Origin: a virus
IMG/VR virus record: IMGVR_UViG_3300022750_000002
Coordinates: 2,314-66,313 of that record
Strand: one strand, 5' to 3'
Length of the DNA: 64,000 bases
Shown piece by piece: positions 15,371 through 25,154 of this stretch. Within the stretch, counting starts at the first letter, position 1. Every line of letters begins with the position of its first letter. The position numbers and the translations under genes are program-made. The notes beneath the pieces are model-generated. The model was given only the letters and a program-made list of their open reading frames with translations, searched no databases and was not told the origin of the DNA.

Positions 15371-16279
15371 ATGATTGAACTAAACAAAATATATAATGAG
15401 TCATGCCTAGATACATTATCTCGTATGTCAGATGAAAGCATTGATTGCGTAATAACATCTCCACCATATTGGCAACTTAGGGACTACGGATACGAAGGGC
15501 AATGGGGATTAGAACCTACGTTTGAATTGTACCTTGAAAATTTATGGTCTATGATGGATGAAATATTTAGGGTTTTAAAAAAGACAGGGACTGTATGGAT
15601 TAATTTAGGAGATACATACGGAACTCAATCAGGAAATATGAAGAATCCAGTTAAAAGCAAAGAGAGTGAGCATACTCGTTACCAAAAAGTTAATCAACCT
15701 AAGTCAATTAATAAATCCTTATTACTAATACCTCATAGGTTTGCTATTGGATGTATTGATAGAGGTTGGTTAGTAAGAAATGATATTGTATGGGCTAAAA
15801 GAAATGCTATGCCTGAACCTGTCACGGATAGATTCAGTAAAAAGCACGAATACTTCTTCTTAATGGCGAAGTCAGAAAAATATTTCTTTGATATAGATGC
15901 AATAAGAGATAAGAATATTACTAAAAGCAACATTAGAAATAAAAGAAAAGAAAATTATGGCGCTGAACTTAAAATAGGAGAAGGGGTAAGAGAGTGGAAC
16001 AATGAAAATGGAAAAAATCCAGGGGATGTTGCAGATTTTTGGGATATTCCAACAAAAGGCAGTAGTGAAAAACATTATGCAAGCTATAATGATGCGCTAT
16101 TAAGAAAGCCTGTTTTAGCAGGATGCCCTATAGGGGGGATTATTTATGACCCATTCATGGGAACAGGTACAACAGCAAAAATGTGCATTAGAACGAATAG
16201 GAATTTCATAGGCAGTGAAATGGGTACGGAATATGTACAAATATATGAACGAGGATTATCACAACAAGTTTTATTCTAA
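15371..16279 (+). CDS. Orphan beta-class amino-methyltransferase (N4-C/N6-A)
   Basis: TSPPY catalytic motif before DPFMGTGT SAM-binding motif. Confidence 0.92.
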   Translation: MIELNKIYNESCLDTLSRMSDESIDCVITSPPYWQLRDYGYEGQWGLEPTFELYLENLWSMMDEIFRVLKKTGTVWINLGDTYGTQSGNMKNPVKSKESEHTRYQKVNQPKSINKSLLLIPHRFAIGCIDRGWLVRNDIVWAKRNAMPEPVTDRFSKKHEYFFLMAKSEKYFFDIDAIRDKNITKSNIRNKRKENYGAELKIGEGVREWNNENGKNPGDVADFWDIPTKGSSEKHYASYNDALLRKPVLAGCPIGGIIYDPFMGTGTTAKMCIRTNRNFIGSEMGTEYVQIYERGLSQQVLF

Positions 16280-16438
16280 ATGATTAAAGAAAACCCTAAC
16301 AACAGAGCCTTACTTCTAAAACTATTTGGAAAGGAATGGTTAAATAAAAGAGATCAATACTTCAAAGATATTTTGGAGATTAGAGAAACAAAGCAGTTAA
16401 AATTATTTTGATAACTTTGATTAAAAAAAAACGGAAAC

Positions 16439-16708
16439 ATGAGTAAAATGGAACCAGTAAAAGATTATGTAGTTCTTGAGAGAGAAGAAGCAAAGGAAAT
16501 GACAGCAGGCGGCTTGTATATACCTGCCCCTAGTCAAGAAAAGCCATTAAGAGGCAAGGTAGTAGCAATGGGCAATGAACTGAGCAAAGACACTGTCGTT
16601 AAAATGGGAAGAACCATGCTGTATAAAAAGTACGGAGGAACAGAAACAAACATTGATGGCATAGATTATGTTATTATAAAAGAGGGAGATTTACTCTTAG
16701 GATTGTAA
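16439..16708 (+). CDS. groES: Co-chaperonin GroES
   Basis: EPVKDYVVLE...TAGGLYIP...GKVVAMG...KYGGTE...IIKEGDLL; own TAACTTTG -7 element upstream. Confidence 0.92.
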   Translation: MSKMEPVKDYVVLEREEAKEMTAGGLYIPAPSQEKPLRGKVVAMGNELSKDTVVKMGRTMLYKKYGGTETNIDGIDYVIIKEGDLLLGL

Positions 16709-16745
16709 AGAAACAATTGTTAAATAAAAAAAATAAACTAAAGTC

Positions 16746-17141
16746 ATGGCAAAAACACAAACCAAGGAAGTAGCATCAAAAGAGACTACTCCTAAAGTAG
16801 AGACTAAAGAAATCAACGGAGAGACTATTGGTGATTCACCTGTAGGATTAGCTGATGGTGACGAAACTTACAAATACTCACAAGCTGTAGAAACTCACGA
16901 TCTATCTCCTAAAGTAGAAATGGACGATAGTAAAGAAAGCAAAGCGGTGATTAAGGAAGATGAGAAAGTGAAAGAAGCGATTAACGCAGGAGATGTATCA
17001 GGTCTAACGGCATCACAATTAAGCGTTTTACAGAAACCTTTAGTTGCCGACCCTGTTAGCGGTAAGCCAGTTTACGAGACAGCAGAGCAGTACCATCTAG
17101 CAATGGCAGCAGCAGGTAAGTTATCTACCCCATCAGAATAA
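16746..17141 (+). CDS. Acidic, low-complexity hypothetical protein
   Basis: 131-aa ORF. Confidence 0.65.
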   Translation: MAKTQTKEVASKETTPKVETKEINGETIGDSPVGLADGDETYKYSQAVETHDLSPKVEMDDSKESKAVIKEDEKVKEAINAGDVSGLTASQLSVLQKPLVADPVSGKPVYETAEQYHLAMAAAGKLSTPSE

Positions 17142-17161
17142 AAAAAATCTTATTTAAAAAT

Positions 17162-17193
17162 AAAGCCCCATACTCGAAAGAATAAGGGGCTTT
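17162..17193. terminator. Bidirectional terminator between convergent genes
   Basis: AAAGCCCC...GGGGCTTT. Confidence 0.75.
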
Positions 17194-17213
17194 CTCTTAA
17201 AATAGGTTTTCTA

Positions 17214-17465
17214 CTAAGCGTTAGTAAGAGCCATTACCGCAGCAGCAGTTTCAGTTACAATTAAGTTTACCTGATAGCGAACTTGGTTGTAAGGCAATTC
17301 ATATAGAATATTTGTTACACCTGTAGTTTGATAAGCAGTTGGTCTTGTTGTAACCGAAAGAATGTTTCGTGGGTTAATGTAAAGCAAAGAAGTAGCAGTC
17401 GCGCTAGTTTCTTGATTTGATAGCTTAGAAAAGCTATTTACGGGTATCAAATTTGCTGTAGCCAT
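17214..17465 (-). CDS. Lone antisense gene, Thr/Ala-rich, possible head decoration protein
   Basis: Own minus-strand TAACTTTG (17506-17513) and terminator; codon style like the capsid gene. Confidence 0.65.
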   Translation of the reverse strand: MATANLIPVNSFSKLSNQETSATATSLLYINPRNILSVTTRPTAYQTTGVTNILYELPYNQVRYQVNLIVTETAAAVMALTNA

Positions 17466-17586
17466 TTTTTTAAATTGATTTAAGTGAGTAAATATTTGAC
17501 TTATCCAAAGTTATACAAAAAATATCTACATTTGTTATGCTAACAATTAGAATACAATTCAAACATGGTAAACAACTTAACGATAT

Positions 17587-17649
17587 TCCCATCAGTAGGT
17601 GACAATTCTTAAAATTGTATTTCGTTAGCACGTTTACCTATTGGTGGGA
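17587..17649 (+). promoter_or_regulatory. Structured 5' leader of the packaging operon
   Basis: 16-bp stem 17587-17602/17634-17649 with 3 G-U pairs enclosing two small hairpins. Confidence 0.55.
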
Positions 17650-17798
17650 TTTAATTCAATTCAAATGAACGGCAAGAAAACAAGGCTTTTAAAGAAGCAA
17701 GCAGTACAGATGACACTATCAGACGGGAAAGATGTAAAAAGTGTCTACAAGGGCTTAAAAACAATGTTAAAAGCAGGAATAATTAAATTCGATAAGTA

Positions 17799-18398
17799 AT
17801 GGAATTAGTAGGACAGAAATTGGGTGTTAAATTCCACGCTAAAGACAAAAAGGAATACGATTTAGGAAACGGCATTATTTTAATACGTCCCGATGCTTGG
17901 GAACATTCAGAAGGAACTAAAGAACAAACAAAGCTTGTTAACGAAAACGTAAACAAAATAGAAGTAAATCCACAGAGAGCCACGGTAACTATTGAAGGAG
18001 AAGATTGCTTTTTTAAAAAGGGTGATGAAATCTTTACGCATTACATGGCTTATGAGCTTCAAGACCCGATAGAGCTAGACAACGAAACCACTGTTATAGA
18101 TTTGGAATATGCGATATTCAAAATAGAAAATGGAGAAATAAAATTGCCGGATGGATACTATTTGGGAGAACAGATTATGGAAACCGAAATCACTTCATCA
18201 TCAGGGCTAATTTTAAACGTTGTAGAGAAGAAAAAGAACTTAACAGTTAAAATTACCCACATTCCACACAAAGTGTCTCATATCTCATTAAACGACGTAA
18301 TACAAAGCATAGATAATTTCAACTATCAATTTGAATATGACGGGAAGTATTATGTTTTTTTAAAGGAAGAGGAAATAGTAGCTAAATTAATTGACTAG
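17799..18398 (+). CDS. Tandem GroES-like domain protein
   Basis: TSSSGLIL mobile-loop-like motif, DGKYYVFLKEEEIVA C-terminus, KKGDEIF in first repeat. Confidence 0.6.
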   Translation: MELVGQKLGVKFHAKDKKEYDLGNGIILIRPDAWEHSEGTKEQTKLVNENVNKIEVNPQRATVTIEGEDCFFKKGDEIFTHYMAYELQDPIELDNETTVIDLEYAIFKIENGEIKLPDGYYLGEQIMETEITSSSGLILNVVEKKKNLTVKITHIPHKVSHISLNDVIQSIDNFNYQFEYDGKYYVFLKEEEIVAKLID

Positions 18399-18401
18399 AT
18401 T

Positions 18402-18992
18402 ATGCCACCAAAAGGAGTTAAATTACTTCAAGACCTAGAAATTAAGCCATCGGAGAGGTTGTTGGCTAAAAAGGAAAAGACAAAGGCTAAGAGAAAAAAG
18501 GCTGTTTATATCGCTTCGTTAAGGGGTCAGAGATTGGCAACTAAACGAATAGCAAAGACAAAGCCAATATATCAAGCGTCAAACAGCAACATTTTGTATG
18601 CCATTATGGGTGTTCCTATCTTAAATAGGCTTGTTAAAGACGGAAATCTGAGCATAAATGAGATGAGGCTATTGGTGATTGTAAGCTCATACAATTGGTT
18701 CGCAAGAAGACTGGCTTATTTATTTGGTATGTCAGACTACATCGCTATAAAATATGGCGAAATGCTTGTAGAAAAGGGCTACTTCCAGCGAATCAAAAGT
18801 AAGTCTATTAAATACATGACTACAAAAAAGGGGGAAGATGCCTTTATGAATATTTGCAAAGAATATTCAATTTTACATAGGGAAATGCAAAATTCCTTTA
18901 AAAAGAAATCCAGAGTTCAACCTGAAAACAAAATCGTTTCAGGATTTAGGTCAAATAAAAAAGAAAACATAGATGATTTGTTCAAACCTTAG
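18402..18992 (+). CDS. Basic winged-helix-like protein
   Basis: LSINEMRLLVIV...MLVEKGYF...YMTTKKGE (MarR-like wing). Confidence 0.55.
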   Translation: MPPKGVKLLQDLEIKPSERLLAKKEKTKAKRKKAVYIASLRGQRLATKRIAKTKPIYQASNSNILYAIMGVPILNRLVKDGNLSINEMRLLVIVSSYNWFARRLAYLFGMSDYIAIKYGEMLVEKGYFQRIKSKSIKYMTTKKGEDAFMNICKEYSILHREMQNSFKKKSRVQPENKIVSGFRSNKKENIDDLFKP

Positions 18993-19398
18993 AAGCGGAA
19001 ATAAAGAAGTAGATGACTACATAGAGGCTTTGGAGAATAAAGTAAAAAGCTTTAGTGCATCTAATACTAAAAGATTGATAAGGTCAATTGATGGTATGGC
19101 AGGTAAACTAGCTGACGACCTGGACATGATTAATGAATCTAAGCAGAATGGAGATGGAACAGAGGTTGAACTTAGCAGTAAATTCATCAACTCATTTTTA
19201 AGTTTAGCAGAAAAAGCAGATAAGATAGAAAAGTTTTCAGAGATAGCAGACAAAATGTACGGTGTCAAAACAGAAGAAACGGAAACTATTACCTATACTG
19301 AGGAAACTACGACAACAACGACCGAACCAGAAGTAAACTTATTTGAGGTAATGCAGAAAAAAGTAAAAGACAAATTACATAAAAATGCCAGTAGCTAG
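18973..19398 (+). CDS. Putative terminase small subunit
   Basis: Helical ORF overlapping the terL start; position only. Confidence 0.45.
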   Translation: MICSNLRSGNKEVDDYIEALENKVKSFSASNTKRLIRSIDGMAGKLADDLDMINESKQNGDGTEVELSSKFINSFLSLAEKADKIEKFSEIADKMYGVKTEETETITYTEETTTTTTEPEVNLFEVMQKKVKDKLHKNASS

Positions 19399-21508
19399 AG
19401 TATATAAAAAAGGCGAACGCCTTAAATACATGGTGCAAGGCATAGAATACAAATGCCCGCCTCTTCCAGAGCCTTCAACAATTAGAGGCAGTCATTTACC
19501 AAAATCAGAACAAGTTTGGTATAGGCGCACAGAACATGAGCAATGGGATTGGAATATAACACCTTTCGATGAACACAAGAACAAATTAAAGTTATGGTAT
19601 GAAAACCCTGCAAAGGGGCAGATGGAATGGTATGAGGAGGAAATAGAAAGACTGCATGTTGGTGATTGGATAATGATTAATGGTGTTCCTACTTTCTTCA
19701 ATAAATACGCTTACTTCTTCCATAATTACTTCAAATTATTAATAGAACAGACATATCCAATTTACAAAGAAACCTCATTAGAGTATTTCAGATTCTACCA
19801 ACTATGTGAAGATGACCCTTTAACTTTAGGGGATGTAGGAATAAAGGGGAGACGTGTTGGTTTATCATCAATGGCTGCTTCAATAGATTTATTAATAGGC
19901 ATAATAGAAGATAATACGCTCCAAGGTATAGTATCTAAAACAGGAGAGGATGCACAGGAAATGTTCTTTATGATTAAGAATGGTCTTGAAAATTTACCGT
20001 TATTCTTAGTACCTGAATTAAATAAAGTAACAGACAGCGAAATACATATTGCAAAACCTGCTAAAAGAATATCATCCAACAACAGGACTATTAATGCTGA
20101 TAAAGGTAAGAACAATCGTATAAATTGGCTGGATACCTCAGAGAATGCATATGATGGTAGAAAGCTTCGTAGGGCTATTCTAGATGAAGGCGCGAAATAT
20201 ATAAAAACTAATATTTACATCCTGTTTACGAAGATAGCAGAAACATTAGTAGTTGGGGCATCAGTAAGTGGGCATATTTCGGTATTTTCTACAGTAAATA
20301 AGGGTGACAAAGGTGGAGATAACTTTAGGCAGCTTTGGGATGGTTCTGACCACATAAACGGCAAAAAGGATATGTTCGGTCGTACACAAACAAAACTTAA
20401 AAGATTCTTTATATCGGGAGATAGGGGGCTTTTAGGGTACGTTGGAAAATATGGAGAAAGCATAATAGATACACCAACAAGAAGTCAAACAGATTTTCTA
20501 TCAACTTTCAAAGACCCTTCTACAGGTAAAATAGCTTGCCCTAATCCTAAAATAGGTGCAAGGGCATATTTAGAGGAAACAAGAAAGATGAATGCACATG
20601 ACCCTGAATTATACGCGGAGGTTGTGAGAATGTATCCTTTTGAATGGAAAGAAGTATTTAAAGGCGCTAATAACACTTGTTTGTTTAATCTTGACGAATT
20701 AAATGATCAAATTGAAAAAATACAAGACGATTTAGATAAAAAAGGGCAAAAGGAAAACGGCAGAAGAATGTCGTTTAGAAAAGAAGAAAGTGGAGAGGTT
20801 AGAGTAATTGATGACCCTAGCGGAATGTGGTACATCCTTGAACTACCTAAAGAACATAATAAATGTATTGTCGTAGGAAGCATTAAATGCCCTGACAACA
20901 CAACATACGGAGTAGCCGGACTAGATACTATTGCAACAACAAAAGTAACGGTAGAAAAAGGTTCAGATGCCTGTTGCATCATTCATAAACGTTTCGACGC
21001 TTTAAATCCAGAAACATCCGGTATGCCAGTGGCGATGTTTGTCGGTAGGCCAAAAACAAAGGATTTATTCCATCAACAAATATATTGGGGGCTTCAATAC
21101 TTCGGCATTAAGATGCTTGCAGAACGCTCACCTATTGATTGGGAAGATTACGCCGTACAAAACAAACTAGCATCTCCTGTAGATTATGTAAAGAAATACG
21201 GGTTCTTAATTACGACTAACCTTTCTAACGGTAGTTCGGTTTACGGAGTTGCACCACAGAGCAAAGAAGGTATAGAACAACATGCTACGGAGATGGTAGA
21301 ATATGCCAACAATAATATCCATAAAATTAAGTTTTTAAGGCTATTAAAGGACATGGTGCACTTTGATCCTAAAGACAGAACGGTTTATGATGCATGTATG
21401 GCTTGGGGATATGCATTAATGGGATTAAAAGAAGCATTTGTTAAAACGGCTACTGTTAAGAAGGTTCAGAAAATACTTCAAATAAAGCGCAGTAAAAAAT
21501 ATTATTAA
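19385..21508 (+). CDS. terL: Terminase large subunit
   Basis: KGRRVGLS Walker A, ILDEGAKY Walker B, C-terminal GLD...D nuclease motifs. Confidence 0.92.
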   Translation: MPVARVYKKGERLKYMVQGIEYKCPPLPEPSTIRGSHLPKSEQVWYRRTEHEQWDWNITPFDEHKNKLKLWYENPAKGQMEWYEEEIERLHVGDWIMINGVPTFFNKYAYFFHNYFKLLIEQTYPIYKETSLEYFRFYQLCEDDPLTLGDVGIKGRRVGLSSMAASIDLLIGIIEDNTLQGIVSKTGEDAQEMFFMIKNGLENLPLFLVPELNKVTDSEIHIAKPAKRISSNNRTINADKGKNNRINWLDTSENAYDGRKLRRAILDEGAKYIKTNIYILFTKIAETLVVGASVSGHISVFSTVNKGDKGGDNFRQLWDGSDHINGKKDMFGRTQTKLKRFFISGDRGLLGYVGKYGESIIDTPTRSQTDFLSTFKDPSTGKIACPNPKIGARAYLEETRKMNAHDPELYAEVVRMYPFEWKEVFKGANNTCLFNLDELNDQIEKIQDDLDKKGQKENGRRMSFRKEESGEVRVIDDPSGMWYILELPKEHNKCIVVGSIKCPDNTTYGVAGLDTIATTKVTVEKGSDACCIIHKRFDALNPETSGMPVAMFVGRPKTKDLFHQQIYWGLQYFGIKMLAERSPIDWEDYAVQNKLASPVDYVKKYGFLITTNLSNGSSVYGVAPQSKEGIEQHATEMVEYANNNIHKIKFLRLLKDMVHFDPKDRTVYDACMAWGYALMGLKEAFVKTATVKKVQKILQIKRSKKYY

Positions 21509-21543
21509 TTTTTACATTACATTTGTCATAATATATTATAGGC

Positions 21544-24012
21544 ATGGCTGAAAACGATAACACTTTACCGAATATACTTGCAACAGATTCAGATAAGAAT
21601 AGCAAAGAATTTGGACTTAGGTTTATGAAATCTATTTATTCTAAATGGAATGGAGGATTTAATGGTGAAGGAGCAAATGAGAGAGCGAATAGATACAACT
21701 ATAATCGTGCTTTTGCTCAAGGTAAACAGCCGATGGAAGAGTATAAGGATATTTTGGACTTAGATGGTGAGATGTCTGTTATAAACCTAGCCTATGACCC
21801 TTTACCAATTGCAATTCCTATTCTAAATAGACTGATCGATCGCTATATGCAGCGAGATGAAAAGATTCAGTGCAACTCTATTGATCCGGTAAGCCAGTCT
21901 AAAAAAGAAAAAGCCAAAGCCGATGCTTTATTCAAACTAAAAAACAAAGAAAAAATTCAAGCTCTACAACAAGAAGCGGGAATAGAATTGGAGGAGTTTA
22001 GTGATGAAGATCCAAAAAACGAAAGAGAGTTAGAATTACATTTTGGCTTTACCTACAAAGAAAGAGAAGAAGTAATCATGGAGCAAGGGATAGATCTTGT
22101 TTTTTACGATAATGACTTTGGTGGCGTGATCAAGAAAAGAACGTTATGGGACTTGGTTACGGCAGGTATTGCTCAACACAAAATATACATTGATGGCAAT
22201 GGAAGGATAAAAATAAGATTTACCAAGCCAGAGAACATCTTATCTGGTTATAGCGAGTGGGATGACTTTAGAGATGCCCCTTATCAAGGTGAAGTTTATT
22301 ACATGGACATTTCAGCTATAAGACTTAAATACCCTAATAAAATCAGTGAAGATAAATTATTTGCGTTGGCTCAAAGTCAGGCAGGTAAAAACGGCAATTC
22401 AAGTCTATTTAATTTCGAATGGAATAACAACTTCTCTCAAGCTATAGCAAGGCCATATGACTCTTGGAGGGTAATGGTAGTTGAGGCAGATGTAAAAAGC
22501 TTATACAACTTGGTATATGAGTCTAAAGAAGATAAATACGGCAAAGAAGTTCTTAATAAGGTTAAAGTAAAAAAGGAGAATAAAAAATACATTGAGAAAG
22601 CTTATGAAGTTGATTATTGCGGTGTATGGATTGTAGGTACAGATTATCTTTTAGAATGGGGATTAGTAAAGAATCAAGTAAAGGATGATAAGAACTTAAC
22701 AGAAGTTAAACTTCCTTGGGTTACATACATGTACAATAACGATAAGATGCAGAATAAGCCTCTTATTGAAACTATGATTCCTTCTATCAAGAAAATGCAA
22801 TTGGTAGAGTTGCAACAGCAAAAAATCATAGCTAATGCAGCCCCTGATGGATTTAAGGTAGATATTTCTACTATGAGTGACATTACCTTGGGTGAAGGGA
22901 TGGAAGACTTAACTCCATTTGATTTAACTAGAATCTATAAGCAGACGGGTATTCAATATTACAAAGCAATTCCTGATGATAGTGTTGGTGGTCAAAGCAG
23001 ACAAGAGCCAATTCAACCAATGAACGTTCCATTTTCTGGCAAATTAGAGCAGTTTATGCAAATCTGGAATGCTGAATACGATAAGCTAATGAGAATCGTT
23101 GGTTCTAATAATTTAGACGCAGGTAATATCACCAATCAAGCCACAGGTAAAACAGTGCTTCAAGAGGCAAGACAGATAGGTGAGAGCGCCTCGAATTATA
23201 TTTATGAGGGATTCATCAACATGATGACAAGAGCCGCTAAAATAGCTAAAATCATGCTTAAAGACATTCTTGTTCATGGCAAGAAAGATGGTATAACGTA
23301 TTATGATGGTTATGTACAGGCATTAGGTGAAGACAGGGTAAAATACATTAGGGTAGAAGCAAGTGATGATTTTGAAAAAGCTGACTTTGACGTAAAGGTA
23401 CAAGCGGTTATAGATGATAAGGAAGCGGCTTTATTTGAGCAAAACATACAAATATCACTAAGTCAAAAATTAATCACTACAAGGGACGCTACAGAAGCTA
23501 GATTACTTGCTAAGACCAACATCAAGTACGCTATATATTTCTTAGCCTACAGAGAGGAAATGAAGCTAAAACAGGATGCAGAACAAGCAGAGCGTAATAG
23601 CCAAATGAATACTCAACAAGCTATCGCAGCAGCTCAAGAGAAAAATAGAGGCGATATGGAATTGGCACAAATGCAACATAAAAACGCAATAGAAATAGAA
23701 AAAGTTAAGGTAGAGGCAGAGAAATCTAGGGAGCTTATAAAATTCTCTAGTATATTGAAATCTAAAGTTGTTGAGGGAATGTTGGCTCAAGAGGGTACAA
23801 CTATACAAATGGTACAGCAACAAGCTCCTTGGGTGTTTGCTAACGTTGGAGAAATTGAGGAAAATACCCATCAAATAATTTCAGAAGAAATTCAGCTTAA
23901 CGAAATACAAGAACAACAAATTCAAGAGGAGCAAATGGCTATGCAACAACAAGCGGAGCAAGAGCAAATTCCACAAGAAGAATTACCTGAACAGCAAATG
24001 CAAACTGCATAA
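21544..24012 (+). CDS. Portal protein
   Basis: 822 aa directly after terL, coiled-coil Q/E-rich C-terminus; promoter TACATTTG upstream. Confidence 0.85.
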   Translation: MAENDNTLPNILATDSDKNSKEFGLRFMKSIYSKWNGGFNGEGANERANRYNYNRAFAQGKQPMEEYKDILDLDGEMSVINLAYDPLPIAIPILNRLIDRYMQRDEKIQCNSIDPVSQSKKEKAKADALFKLKNKEKIQALQQEAGIELEEFSDEDPKNERELELHFGFTYKEREEVIMEQGIDLVFYDNDFGGVIKKRTLWDLVTAGIAQHKIYIDGNGRIKIRFTKPENILSGYSEWDDFRDAPYQGEVYYMDISAIRLKYPNKISEDKLFALAQSQAGKNGNSSLFNFEWNNNFSQAIARPYDSWRVMVVEADVKSLYNLVYESKEDKYGKEVLNKVKVKKENKKYIEKAYEVDYCGVWIVGTDYLLEWGLVKNQVKDDKNLTEVKLPWVTYMYNNDKMQNKPLIETMIPSIKKMQLVELQQQKIIANAAPDGFKVDISTMSDITLGEGMEDLTPFDLTRIYKQTGIQYYKAIPDDSVGGQSRQEPIQPMNVPFSGKLEQFMQIWNAEYDKLMRIVGSNNLDAGNITNQATGKTVLQEARQIGESASNYIYEGFINMMTRAAKIAKIMLKDILVHGKKDGITYYDGYVQALGEDRVKYIRVEASDDFEKADFDVKVQAVIDDKEAALFEQNIQISLSQKLITTRDATEARLLAKTNIKYAIYFLAYREEMKLKQDAEQAERNSQMNTQQAIAAAQEKNRGDMELAQMQHKNAIEIEKVKVEAEKSRELIKFSSILKSKVVEGMLAQEGTTIQMVQQQAPWVFANVGEIEENTHQIISEEIQLNEIQEQQIQEEQMAMQQQAEQEQIPQEELPEQQMQTA

Positions 24013-24060
24013 TTTGAAATATTGATAATAAAACATACTTTTGATTAAAATTTTCATACA

Positions 24061-25125
24061 ATGGAAAACGAAACAGAACAAGTAGCGGAAACTACAGATC
24101 AAGCAATCCCATCATCGGACTTTAACATTTATGATGCTCCTGTCTATCAGGCACCAGAAGAAAAACCTTCTACGGATGAAATTAAGCCTGTAGAAGAGGT
24201 TAAGCCAGAACCAGTGGTACAAGAACCAGTTAAGCCTGAAAGCGAGGTTGTAGAGCCTGTAATTCAAGAAAAGGTAGTAGAGAAAATAGTTGAGAAGCTT
24301 CCAGAGTTTAAAGATGAATATTCCAAAAGCTTATTTGAGTCTTTATTAGAAGGAAAAGATTCAGAAGTTTATGAGTACTTAAAAGCTAAAAACACTGACT
24401 ACAACACAATGTCTGACGTAGATGTTGTTAAAAGACAAATGAAACTTCAAAACCCAACATGGGGAGATAAGTATATTGATGTTGAGTTTAAAACTAAATA
24501 CGGTAATTTAAGCCAACCTAAAGACTTAACACAGATCGACCCAGAGTTAGAACCGGAAGAATATCAAAAAGCTGTAGACTATAATGAGGCATTAGAAATG
24601 AAAGAAGTTCTATTGGGTCAGGCAGCAACGGATGCTAGGATAGCATTAGAAAACACAAAGAAAACCATAGAGTTCCCTAAAATAGCTAAAGAAGAGGTTG
24701 TATCTCAAAAGCCACTTACCCAAGAAGAAGTTGACGAACTTAATCGGCAGTGGGAGGCAAAAGTAGAAGCTGAGATTCCTAATTTATCAGATTTAAAGAT
24801 TAATGTAAACGGTGAGGAAATTGTTTACAAAATCACAGATGAAGACAAGAAGGCGAAGCTTGAATACATGAAAGATTACAACGGTCAGAAAATGGCTCAA
24901 GACAGAGGGTGGATTGATGCAGAAGGTAATGAGAATGTTCTAAAAATTGCAGAGGATTTGTTTATTTTAGAAAACTATCAGAAAGTTATTGCATCGGCAG
25001 CCACGCAAATGAAAACTACAGCAACCAAGGAAGTGTTAGCTGAAATAAAAAACATTGACCTCAAGCCTGATCCAACATCTCCTGACGCTCCAAAAGTAGA
25101 CCTAGGACAACTATTATATGGTTAA
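24061..25125 (+). CDS. Scaffolding protein
   Basis: Acidic, P/E-rich N-terminus, between portal and capsid. Confidence 0.75.
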   Translation: MENETEQVAETTDQAIPSSDFNIYDAPVYQAPEEKPSTDEIKPVEEVKPEPVVQEPVKPESEVVEPVIQEKVVEKIVEKLPEFKDEYSKSLFESLLEGKDSEVYEYLKAKNTDYNTMSDVDVVKRQMKLQNPTWGDKYIDVEFKTKYGNLSQPKDLTQIDPELEPEEYQKAVDYNEALEMKEVLLGQAATDARIALENTKKTIEFPKIAKEEVVSQKPLTQEEVDELNRQWEAKVEAEIPNLSDLKINVNGEEIVYKITDEDKKAKLEYMKDYNGQKMAQDRGWIDAEGNENVLKIAEDLFILENYQKVIASAATQMKTTATKEVLAEIKNIDLKPDPTSPDAPKVDLGQLLYG

Positions 25126-25154
25126 CTAAACTTAACAATTAAAAGAAAAACACA

